From positions 7,763-71,762 of the forward strand of contig CAXAFE010000001.1 in assembly GCA_963968165.1 (NCBI GenBank): a DNA stretch of 64,000 nucleotides, read 5' to 3'. This DNA is from an uncultured Candidatus Poseidoniales archaeon. GTDB taxonomy: Archaea > Thermoplasmatota > Poseidoniia > Poseidoniales > Thalassarchaeaceae. Both the position numbers and the translations under genes were made by a program. Positions 47,691 to 56,156 of this stretch are shown one piece after another. How positions within the stretch are numbered: the stretch's first letter is position 1; the number at the start of each line of letters is the position of its first letter. The notes under the pieces were generated by a model. It saw nothing but the letters and a program-made list of their open reading frames with translations. It searched no databases and was not told the origin of the DNA.

Positions 47691-50600
47691 TCATCGTAGT
47701 ACTCTCCTATTCAATTCTTGTGCATCACCGACTACTCCAAATCCATATTTTTCTTCTAAGGATCTAGAAATTAGTTTAAAATCACTATCTCTTGTCGCTA
47801 TTATTACGCTCCCTATTTCAGGATTAAAAGATCTTGCAATCATCGCAGCCGATCTAATTATCTCCATATCTCCACCTTCTGGATAAATTTCGTCTCCATC
47901 TATTATACTTCTATTTACAAAATCTTCTCTTTGAATTTTTTGATTTGTTATCTCAACAAAAATATCCTTATGATTAACAAGAAATTGCTCCAGTTCTATC
48001 GTTTTCATTTTATCTTTATCGAAAGTATATTTCCATTCACCAAACTCTTCACATATTTTATTTACCGTATCTTTCAATAACTCATTCGTAATTCTAGTAT
48101 CCCATATTTTTGAATCAATATATACTTTCTTTGAAAATAATTTCAAAACATCTTCAGTATTCTTTGTACGGTTGAGGAACTCTGCCATGGCAACCGGAGG
48201 TATATTCATCAACATTTTTCCTTCTTTTTTACGCCTTCTTAACATCCAATGAAAAGACCTTTCCACTGTCCAATTAAGACTTCCGAAACTATCTCCAGTA
48301 ATTTCCCTAAGTAGATCATCTCTTAATGCATCAATTAGTATATTTGTGTCTACTATTACCACAGGCTTTAGAGATAGATTTCGTAAGGATCTTCTCTCTC
48401 TAATTGGTATCACATAGCTATATCCTCCAAACATCGCTTCAGCCGCTCTACTCAGCCTGATGACCTGAATTTCACTAAATCTATCAGAACCAATTGCATG
48501 TTCAAGCTTTCTAAGACCTCTAATGGGTTTTTCCTCAGCCATCTGATTTGTGATATTCACTATTTCTAAAATATCCTTATCTTTTCTAGACATTTCCTGC
48601 TCAAATTTTAAGTCCAACTCGGATTGTCTACTGCTCTCCATACGTTGTAATCCACGAATAGCGGCCCTGACTCTTCCTTGGAATGGCGATCTTGGTAATG
48701 GAGGATCCAGATCTTCCGGATATCTTATTAGCATTTCTAAGGCTTCAATTTGAATTTCTTTATTTTCCCTGAAGTTTTCTTCATCTTTATTACCAGAGGA
48801 TGCGTACTGACGAAGCCTATTTCTCGCTACATCTTTCTTATTTTCTAACTCATCATTACATACATTTAGGTATAGTTGAAATCGTTTTGTGACCGTGGCT
48901 GCCAAAGCCTTCTCAACTTTGATTAAGCTTACTGCTTCATTCCATCCTTCGCCATGAGCATAGGAAATCAATGACTTTCTCATTATCAATGCATATTTTT
49001 CAAAATCATCACGGACTTTATTGGCCGCATCTCGATATTCTCTTGCTGCTTCTAAATTATTATCTCTAGAACTTTGTAATGTCGCTTTTACGAGTTTTGA
49101 CTCTAAGCTAGCATTATCGTGTTTTCTATACCATTTTTCAAGAGGTTCTATGCCTTTGGAAAGTACTTTACCATGTTCAATTACCATTTCTGTAATAAAT
49201 TTTATAGTTTGCATAGCAACATCCTCTTTACTAGTAATTTTTGATAGGATTTCATTAGCATTGGCTATCCTTTCAGTCATACCACTTTCTATTTCTATTG
49301 CTGCTCTATTCAGTTTTAATGAATTTATAAGACATTTGAAAAGCTCATGTTCTAAATGTGAAATATCTGCAGAATTTATGGAATCGTTTAGACTTTCAAT
49401 AGTCTTTGCTCGAACCATGCTATCGCCTTCTGGAGATAATGCCCTACGTACTTCATTAAGAGACAATAAACCATCAGAGTCTAGTTTATCCTGAATAGCA
49501 CTTATTTCTTCTGGAAAACCATCGAGTAATGCTATAAGTTCTTTTGATACCTCTGAAAGTATCATATCTTTAGGGGATTCTGATATACACATTAAAGCTT
49601 CACCACGCATTTCTTCCAATGTAGGCAGCAATCCCAATGAAGATTTGGCAGTAATCATGTGCCATACTAAGAGTATACGCTCAGGATAGACATTAATTAA
49701 CGACCGATTATTAATTAGGGTATTTGCTAAATTGTCTATATCAGCCGCTTCAGTAAATACATCTAAAATCTGACTCGTAAATCTAATTGAATCAAGCTTT
49801 GATAACATCATAGCTGCAGTTGTTCTAATTTCAAAACTACTAAAACTATCTTCAGCAACCATCATCAAACCATTTTCATCTAAATTATCCAAGGAAGATA
49901 TAATTAGACTATCAATTGATATTTCACTCGAAGAATTAAGTTTTAATGCAATTTCAAGATGTGAATTATTATCGATATCTAATTGTTTTACTAAATCCCT
50001 CACTTCTCCAATTTCTCCAATTTCAGTATATCCTAAAATTAATTTCCAACCAAGCGAATTAGGCATTTTTTCTCCAGATTTTGATAATTCCAGTATTCCA
50101 TACTTTAAATCCTCAATCGGTAAATCATATTCAATATTATTTACTTCCTTCCAAGCATAATTTCGAATAGTTCGCGATAGTAAATCTTCGCCCTTTATCT
50201 TTGAATCATTTAGCCAGTTTGATAAATCCCCTGAACGGAGATTAAGAAGCCTAATATGTTTATTTACAACATCATTCATTGAACTGTTCGGGATATTTTT
50301 TAGAACCCTTAGCGCATCTGTATTTTTTGATGCTGCTTTCAGTAAACCTTCTACTAATGCTAACTCATTTGTCTGATTTATAAGTGATGGGTCCATCCAT
50401 TTATTCCAATCTTTAAATCGTGGTTTTTTACCCAAATCCTTTTCTATTTTTTGAATTATTTTTAATTGTTCAGTTTTACAATTAAATGGCAATTCTATTT
50501 TTAGCCAATTTTTAAGGGAATGAGCGTCTTCAGGATCAAAATAAGCTTCATTAATCCAATCAGTTGAATCTAAATTTTTCTTGGACAATTCACTAATTTT

Positions 50601-51080
50601 AAATCTACTCAATTCTGCAAACATCCCTGCCTCTTTTGCTAATTTACCCCAAACGGGATGTAGTCCATTTTGACATTCCAATCTTATGCCACTCATTTTT
50701 TCATTCCAGTTGGCGTCCCATGAATCTCCCATTTTATTCTGTTGAGCAATAAGAACTGCTAACTTATATCCTGGTGTTTCATTAGAAATTAAGATTTCCT
50801 GAGGTGTTGCTAGGTTATCCTCAAATCCTTTTCGCAGTCCTTTCCCACCTCTTCTACCAATTTTCCTATTTGCTCTTTTATTAGATGAAGATAGTTTATT
50901 TACTTCACTAGTATCTATCTCTGGCAAACCTTCCTTTTTTGCAGCCAGTGCTACCAAAGCCCGCCACTCTTTTGTCATTAGCGACCACGCAGAAATTTTC
51001 TGTACCCTACTCAAACGTCGTATTATATCATCTCCAGATTGAGATAACGAGTCTAGACATTCAAGCAGATATTCCTCCAA
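47691..51080 (-). CDS. large (1129 aa) helical-repeat protein with C-terminal PIN-domain nuclease
   Basis: The C-terminal approximately 225 aa (nt about 47694..48365) carry PIN-like acidic positions: VVIVDTNILIDAL, PPVAMAEFL, GGDMEIIRSAAMIA and IATRDSDFKLI. The N-terminal approximately 880 aa are helical, with a basic patch NKRANRKIGRRGGKGLRKG and no ATPase motifs. Confidence 0.7.
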   Translation of the reverse strand: MEEYLLECLDSLSQSGDDIIRRLSRVQKISAWSLMTKEWRALVALAAKKEGLPEIDTSEVNKLSSSNKRANRKIGRRGGKGLRKGFEDNLATPQEILISNETPGYKLAVLIAQQNKMGDSWDANWNEKMSGIRLECQNGLHPVWGKLAKEAGMFAELSRFKISELSKKNLDSTDWINEAYFDPEDAHSLKNWLKIELPFNCKTEQLKIIQKIEKDLGKKPRFKDWNKWMDPSLINQTNELALVEGLLKAASKNTDALRVLKNIPNSSMNDVVNKHIRLLNLRSGDLSNWLNDSKIKGEDLLSRTIRNYAWKEVNNIEYDLPIEDLKYGILELSKSGEKMPNSLGWKLILGYTEIGEIGEVRDLVKQLDIDNNSHLEIALKLNSSSEISIDSLIISSLDNLDENGLMMVAEDSFSSFEIRTTAAMMLSKLDSIRFTSQILDVFTEAADIDNLANTLINNRSLINVYPERILLVWHMITAKSSLGLLPTLEEMRGEALMCISESPKDMILSEVSKELIALLDGFPEEISAIQDKLDSDGLLSLNEVRRALSPEGDSMVRAKTIESLNDSINSADISHLEHELFKCLINSLKLNRAAIEIESGMTERIANANEILSKITSKEDVAMQTIKFITEMVIEHGKVLSKGIEPLEKWYRKHDNASLESKLVKATLQSSRDNNLEAAREYRDAANKVRDDFEKYALIMRKSLISYAHGEGWNEAVSLIKVEKALAATVTKRFQLYLNVCNDELENKKDVARNRLRQYASSGNKDEENFRENKEIQIEALEMLIRYPEDLDPPLPRSPFQGRVRAAIRGLQRMESSRQSELDLKFEQEMSRKDKDILEIVNITNQMAEEKPIRGLRKLEHAIGSDRFSEIQVIRLSRAAEAMFGGYSYVIPIRERRSLRNLSLKPVVIVDTNILIDALRDDLLREITGDSFGSLNWTVERSFHWMLRRRKKEGKMLMNIPPVAMAEFLNRTKNTEDVLKLFSKKVYIDSKIWDTRITNELLKDTVNKICEEFGEWKYTFDKDKMKTIELEQFLVNHKDIFVEITNQKIQREDFVNRSIIDGDEIYPEGGDMEIIRSAAMIARSFNPEIGSVIIATRDSDFKLISRSLEEKYGFGVVGDAQELNRRVLR

Positions 51081-51189
51081 CTGAAGACCCCCAACTGTTC
51101 GCCCTCAATGGTTCATACATCAATACATCCCTTACATACACACAATTTGGCAACAGAGACCTCAAGTCATATACATAGTTTGGAGTACT

Positions 51190-51657
51190 ATGGAATTACT
51201 CAGTTTGGTTGTAATCCTAATCCATCCTATCGCAGCTTTAATGCTAATTTCGATATTTATGAAGCAGCGTAAATGGCGTCAAAAAAGAAAATTTTTGAAA
51301 GGTCAGGAATTGAATATTGCAATGACCAGTCATGCCTCAGATGGAAATAAAATTATGATATCAACAATTATTGTCATATTACTTGCATTCATTGGAGAAA
51401 TATTTAGAGCTATTTTAAGTAATCAACCATATGATACATATATTTTACCAAGTAATTTTCATGCATCTGGGGGATTATTAGGACTATTATTGATGTTCAT
51501 ACTATGGCGCACAGGACATTCCACACATAAGAGAAAGCAAGAAAATAAAAAATTCGTGAAAAATCGAGATTCACATGGTAGGATTGGCGATATAATGGCT
51601 ATTTTGGTGATAATTCATGCATTTTTAGGATTTTTATATCTCTTACAAATTCTATGA
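51190..51657 (+). CDS. hypothetical membrane protein (4 TM)
   Basis: 155 aa with hydrophobic helices (LSLVVILIHPIAALMLISIF, ISTIIVILLAFIGEIF, GLLGLLLMFILW, IMAILVIIHAFLGFLYLL). No family recognised. Confidence 0.5.
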   Translation: MELLSLVVILIHPIAALMLISIFMKQRKWRQKRKFLKGQELNIAMTSHASDGNKIMISTIIVILLAFIGEIFRAILSNQPYDTYILPSNFHASGGLLGLLLMFILWRTGHSTHKRKQENKKFVKNRDSHGRIGDIMAILVIIHAFLGFLYLLQIL

Positions 51658-52638
51658 TTACTTATTATTCCACATTTTAATCCAAACTTTGAGATTTTTT
51701 TCTATATCGGCACTATTTACTTCTCTATTTATTAATTCTCCCTTTTCTAATGGTTTGATTCGGCATCCGCATGCATTAGGATGCCCTCCCCCATCTTTAT
51801 CGAACCTTTTTGCTAATTTAGTTAAGTCGTATATTCCTCCATCTTTATGGAGAAATGAATTAGTGTAGAAAGAGGCAGAAACTGGATAGCCATCAACTTG
51901 ATCGAAATCTCCTTTGATTTTTCCATGGATAACTATGCACGCATCACATTTATCTCCTGCTTCGGCAGTAATATCATACCCGTTTGATCGAACCCCAGAT
52001 TCATCAAATCGCACTATCGCTAAGCGATTAACAATCATCAAATTCGTCTTAATTAAATTTTTAATTTTTCTACGATTCTCTTTAATTTCGTTTAGGTAAA
52101 AAGCTATATCTTTATGGGAAAATATATCCTTTAAAGCTACTCCACTCTTTATGAAATTTAATATTTGTATATTTATATCTGAATTGATACCTATTAATTT
52201 AGACAACGTAAACATATCTCCATCAGACAAAAACTCTTCTTTTGTGATATTCCCACTATCTATTTTATCAACCCAAAGTAATAATTCTTTTAGATCTGAT
52301 AAGTCTATAATGTCCGACAGTAAATCATATGCTATCCGTGCAGCCGAGGGGGCATCTCTCCAAATATCAACTCCTTTAAAATTTAAATCAATATTAGGCC
52401 TATTTGAATGATGATGATCGATATTTAACCCACACTTATGATGCCTAGGCAAATCACATATTGCTGTATGATTATCAATAATATTATCTAGATTTCCGGA
52501 ACGTAGTTCTCCAGGATGAGCAAATACTACTTCAGCATCTTCCCAGTATCTCTTCAATATAGCCGCTGTCACAACCCCATCTAAATCACTATCGGTAACT
52601 ATTTTTTTGATATTAAGAGATGCTATGGAGATGCTCAT
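51658..52638 (-). CDS. DHH/DHHA1 phosphoesterase (NrnA-like size)
   Basis: Motifs present are TDSDLDGVVTAAIL (DxD), NIDHHHSN (DHH) and DGGGHPNACGC (DHHA1 GGGH). It is 326 aa with no OB or CID domains. Confidence 0.8.
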   Translation of the reverse strand: MSISIASLNIKKIVTDSDLDGVVTAAILKRYWEDAEVVFAHPGELRSGNLDNIIDNHTAICDLPRHHKCGLNIDHHHSNRPNIDLNFKGVDIWRDAPSAARIAYDLLSDIIDLSDLKELLLWVDKIDSGNITKEEFLSDGDMFTLSKLIGINSDINIQILNFIKSGVALKDIFSHKDIAFYLNEIKENRRKIKNLIKTNLMIVNRLAIVRFDESGVRSNGYDITAEAGDKCDACIVIHGKIKGDFDQVDGYPVSASFYTNSFLHKDGGIYDLTKLAKRFDKDGGGHPNACGCRIKPLEKGELINREVNSADIEKNLKVWIKMWNNK

Positions 52639-52751
52639 TTATCATCCCAAGTGCAACGATTACATTGTATTTTCGTAAATTATTTTTTATAAAATAACTA
52701 TTTTGACGATTTATACAAAATTACGATAGCCAATCACCTTCTCCCGTCACT

Positions 52752-53165
52752 ATGGAAACATCGTGTGGTTTTGTTTTAATTAATTATGATAGCATCCTGT
52801 TGCTCCAATACCCACAAGGTCATTGGAGCTTTCCCAAAGGACACATAGAGGATGCTGATGCTAATCATCACTCAACAGCTCTAAGAGAGTTAACCGAAGA
52901 AACAGGTATAAAAGATATAGTTATAGACAAAGAATGGAATTTTCGAACAGAATACTCGTTTAAAAGAAGAGGCAAAGATACTCCAAAACAAGTTTTCTGG
53001 TTCACAGCAGAAACAGAAGAATTAGATGTTAAACTTTCTCATGAACATAGTAATTATTTATGGTTGAATTTTGAGGATACTAAAGAACAATTAACTTTCG
53101 ACCAAGAAAAGATACTTATTGATTCAGTAAGAAAACATAGGGAAAAAATAGGAAAAATAGTCTAA
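52752..53165 (+). CDS. NUDIX hydrolase (Ap4A-hydrolase-like)
   Basis: The Nudix box is GHWSFPKGHIEDADANHHSTALRELTEETGI. It is 137 aa. Confidence 0.85.
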   Translation: METSCGFVLINYDSILLLQYPQGHWSFPKGHIEDADANHHSTALRELTEETGIKDIVIDKEWNFRTEYSFKRRGKDTPKQVFWFTAETEELDVKLSHEHSNYLWLNFEDTKEQLTFDQEKILIDSVRKHREKIGKIV

Positions 53166-53827
53166 TTATTATCCGACCTCAAACCTAATGGAGTCCAAAG
53201 AACTTCTTTATCTCCACATTTTGCACTTATCCATCTTCCCATTACGAACAACCAATCAGACAATCTATTAAGATATGAAATTATTTCTATTCTGACAGAA
53301 TCTTCCCCATTCTCTTCTCTGAGCAAACATGCAAGCCTTTCAGCCCGTCTCGCAACAGTTCTTGATACATGAAGTGATGCAATCGGGGGCGGACCAGTTG
53401 GCATGATGAAAGACTCAAGAGGAGCAACATCTTCTAGCCACATATCCATCTCTTCTACTAACTTATCACCCTCTTCTTTACCAATTAATACCATTATTGA
53501 TGGAAGCTTACCCGGGGTACAAGCGCATTCTCCACCTATATCAAATAATTCTTGTTGAATTCTTCCCAAGGCCAAATCAACTATTTCTTTGATATTTTCA
53601 GAAACTTCGAATCTGACCATTTCCATTCTAGACATTCCTATTTGGGAATTTAATTCATCAATTGTACCATATAATTCGACACGCATATGTCCCTTTCCTA
53701 CTCTCTTTCCATCTAATAAAGACGTTTGCCCTTTGTCTCCTCCTCCAGTATGAACTTTAGTAATCCGAACCATATTGCTCCTCGGAAAGGCCATGATATT
53801 TTGAATCGTTCGTGTAGTCTTAGACAT
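53162..53827 (-). CDS. pduO: ATP:cob(I)alamin adenosyltransferase, PduO type
   Basis: KVHTGGGDKGQTSLLDGKRVGKGHMRVELYGTIDELNSQIG matches the PduO/MMAB N-terminal signature. The start could alternatively be the ATG at 53773 (MVRITKV). Confidence 0.85.
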   Translation of the reverse strand: MSKTTRTIQNIMAFPRSNMVRITKVHTGGGDKGQTSLLDGKRVGKGHMRVELYGTIDELNSQIGMSRMEMVRFEVSENIKEIVDLALGRIQQELFDIGGECACTPGKLPSIMVLIGKEEGDKLVEEMDMWLEDVAPLESFIMPTGPPPIASLHVSRTVARRAERLACLLREENGEDSVRIEIISYLNRLSDWLFVMGRWISAKCGDKEVLWTPLGLRSDNN

Positions 53828-54551
53828 TTATATTATTCAAAGATACTTTTATAGCTTCTATCCAAGATTCATCAACGGCAGCCCAGCCCCCTTCTTTTTC
53901 TAATTCCAATAAGTGATGAGATTCTTTATCTTTATTTCCAATTTTTCCATAAATTAATACTAGAACGGCATGACTCATAGCACTTAGCCATGGATCATTC
54001 ATATCCCATGATTTTTCAAAATGTGCTATTGCTCCATTTTCTCCATAAATCAAACCTCTATTTATTTGTCTAAGGCCTGATTTTGACCATGAAATACCAG
54101 GTACTCCAACTACCAATCCTCTAAATGCAAGATAAATCTCTAAAGTGATTATTAATGATGCGATAATGAACGAGGTTATCTGCTCAATAGGTGACGAAGT
54201 CGCCCAATTGCTTGTCAGTAAATCTATTGAACCTATACAAAACAAAACCCCACTAAATGGTGCTAAAATTACATCGTGCTTTGTAATTACCATATGCCTA
54301 ACTCCAAAAATAACTCCAATACCTCCAAAAAAAGCGGAAAACATTGCAGGTATTTCATCCATGGTTTCTCTTGGTGCAGTACTAGAAATCCAAAATATTA
54401 CTCCAAATGATATGACTAACCAACCATATTTTCCTCCAATTTCTGGGAATGGCTGATAATTACTGTAATAAAGAATCACAATCCCAATACTAATGTAGAA
54501 AAAAATCCAAAAAGGCAGAGATATCATTCTTCGTTCACTTCTCCCTTCCAA
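53820..54551 (-). CDS. hypothetical membrane protein (5-6 TM, soluble C-terminal domain)
   Basis: 243 aa. TM helices include LPFWIFFYISIGIVILYY, WLVISFGVIFWISS, AMFSAFFGGIGVIFGV, FSGVLFCIGSIDLL and ITSFIIASLIITLEIYLAF. Its end overlaps the pduO start by 8 nt and its start overlaps the upstream ORF. Confidence 0.55.
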   Translation of the reverse strand: MEGRSERRMISLPFWIFFYISIGIVILYYSNYQPFPEIGGKYGWLVISFGVIFWISSTAPRETMDEIPAMFSAFFGGIGVIFGVRHMVITKHDVILAPFSGVLFCIGSIDLLTSNWATSSPIEQITSFIIASLIITLEIYLAFRGLVVGVPGISWSKSGLRQINRGLIYGENGAIAHFEKSWDMNDPWLSAMSHAVLVLIYGKIGNKDKESHHLLELEKEGGWAAVDESWIEAIKVSLNNINV

Positions 54552-54847
54552 CCGGGATTCCAGAAATTATCATTATCTAACCAATCTAACCATTCCTCTC
54601 CATCAGAACGCAAAAGTCTAATTGCCCTTCTATCCAATCCTTCTAATAGAGAGTCAGTAATTTCACTTTTTTTATGTGAATCTTTCCATTCAATTTGTAT
54701 TTCTCGTACTTTTTGCTGTCCTTCTGTATGATTATTAAATGATTTTTCACAAATTTCTCTAAGATCTTGGATCCACATTCTCGTACCACGCATGTGTGGT
54801 TCTTCAACGAATGGCTTTGGTTTACGCTTACGTCGCCATCTGCTCAT
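54524..54847 (-). CDS. hypothetical small charged protein
   Basis: The track ORF runs to 54940, where it would overlap the rlmH start. The internal ATG at 54847 (MSRWRRKRKPKPF...) avoids this overlap. No family recognised, so coding status is uncertain. Confidence 0.35.
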   Translation of the reverse strand: MSRWRRKRKPKPFVEEPHMRGTRMWIQDLREICEKSFNNHTEGQQKVREIQIEWKDSHKKSEITDSLLEGLDRRAIRLLRSDGEEWLDWLDNDNFWNPGWKGEVNEE

Positions 54848-54919
54848 ATTAAACCCGTGAATGTATTTATTCTTGATGCTTTGCGAACTCCTATTACTAC
54901 ATATCCCTTGGTGTGGACA

Positions 54920-55354
54920 ATGGGTAGAATAATCGTTCACTTATATGGTAAACCCAAAGATCAGCTAATTGCCAATATTATCGAAAATTATTCAAAAAGA
55001 GTAAAGAATAATGGAATATCATTGCAGTTCTATTCAGATAAAAAAAATAAATTAGATTATGAACAAAGCCTCATTAAATTAAAAGGTAATCTAATATTAA
55101 TTGATGAAAATGGAGAACAAATCTCTAGTATTAAATTATCAGAATTGTTATCAAAATTTTTAATTTCTTCAGAATCAACAAATTTTGCCGTAGGGCCACC
55201 AGATGGATTTAGTAACGATATTAAATCTAAAATTAGTAAATCAATATCACTTTCAACATTTACATTAACTCATGAGATGGCAGCAGTCATTATTATGGAA
55301 CAATTATATAGGTCCACTGAGATCTTAAAAGGGACCCAATATCATAGAAATTGA
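54920..55354 (+). CDS. rlmH: SPOUT methyltransferase RlmH-like (23S rRNA m3-pseudouridine methyltransferase family)
   Basis: About 145 aa from ATG 54920 (MGRIIVHLYGKPKD). The C-terminal LSTFTLTHEMAAVIIMEQLYRSTEILKGTQYHR matches the RlmH tail pattern (..H.L.R..L.EQ.YRA..I..G..YH). The 51 upstream codons in the track ORF look like read-through. Confidence 0.75.
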   Translation: MGRIIVHLYGKPKDQLIANIIENYSKRVKNNGISLQFYSDKKNKLDYEQSLIKLKGNLILIDENGEQISSIKLSELLSKFLISSESTNFAVGPPDGFSNDIKSKISKSISLSTFTLTHEMAAVIIMEQLYRSTEILKGTQYHRN

Positions 55355-55367
55355 TTGGTTATTCACG

Positions 55368-56156
55368 CTAAATTTTTTCCATAGATTGAGAAATAATTTT
55401 TAGAGCATCCTTTAGCACAAACTCATTATTCCATTCTTTCTTATTTTTTTCCTCATTCATGATAATTTCTGATAAAAGTAAGTCAGTAGCCCTTGATACT
55501 TCATCAACAATTGTAACCGATGCTCTCCTTGAGGTTCGGGATAGTGGATTTAAATCAATCACTAATACTTCTTTACCTAATGCAATAAGTGCCTCACATC
55601 TATCTCCATCTTCCAGTGGGACTAACACCGTTTTTGATTTTTCAATACCCTCTTTGGAGCATATTGCCCTAGGACCGTCTAAACCAATAATTCTACCATC
55701 AGCCTCATTTCCAAGAATTTTAACTGAAAGTACTGATTTAGACCAATCGCCAGTCCATCCATTAGGAGAAGACTCTTTAGATACAATTTTTTTATCATTT
55801 TCTAATGAATAAAATAGCTTTTGAACCCTCTCTTCTGTTCTGTAGTATAGATTTATTTCTATTGGACAATTTAAAACTGCTGCGATTCGAATTAGTTTTT
55901 TTCCTGCTAGCACAGTTGTATTTCCGTTAACGGAAATTATTACAGATTCTGAATTTATAAGCCTATATGCAACCTCCCTTATCGCTAATTTAGCAGAATC
56001 AGACGTAATTTCGCCCAATAGATAATCAAAAGCCTCTCCCCTGCCATGTGCAATCATTGCAGACTGAGCTAGGAGGCCTTTGGTAGATGCCTCAACCAAC
56101 TTTTTCCTAGCTATCAATGAGTTATATCTGGGATGACTTTTAGGTATTTTAGTCAT
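55368..56156 (-). CDS. 4-phosphopantoate--beta-alanine ligase (archaeal phosphopantothenate synthetase, COG1701)
   Basis: IPKSHPRYNSLIARKKLVEASTKGLLAQSAMIAHGRGEAFDYLLGE matches the archaeal PPS signature (HPR..SL..R..L......G......AHGRGEAFDYL.GE). Confidence 0.8.
   Translation of the reverse strand: MTKIPKSHPRYNSLIARKKLVEASTKGLLAQSAMIAHGRGEAFDYLLGEITSDSAKLAIREVAYRLINSESVIISVNGNTTVLAGKKLIRIAAVLNCPIEINLYYRTEERVQKLFYSLENDKKIVSKESSPNGWTGDWSKSVLSVKILGNEADGRIIGLDGPRAICSKEGIEKSKTVLVPLEDGDRCEALIALGKEVLVIDLNPLSRTSRRASVTIVDEVSRATDLLLSEIIMNEEKNKKEWNNEFVLKDALKIISQSMEKI

Noticed and set aside
47691-51189. VapBC-type toxin-antitoxin pair for the PIN-domain gene.
   Set aside because: The PIN domain is the tail of a 1129-aa protein. 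No small upstream or downstream antitoxin-like ORF exists. The upstream 109-nt spacer is non-coding, and the downstream spacer is only 24 nt before the hydrolase gene end.
54767-54919. A 51-codon N-terminal extension of the RlmH-like ORF.
   Set aside because: RlmH proteins are about 140-160 aa. The conserved sequence starts at MGRIIVHLYG (54920). The extension would overlap the divergent minus-strand ORF.
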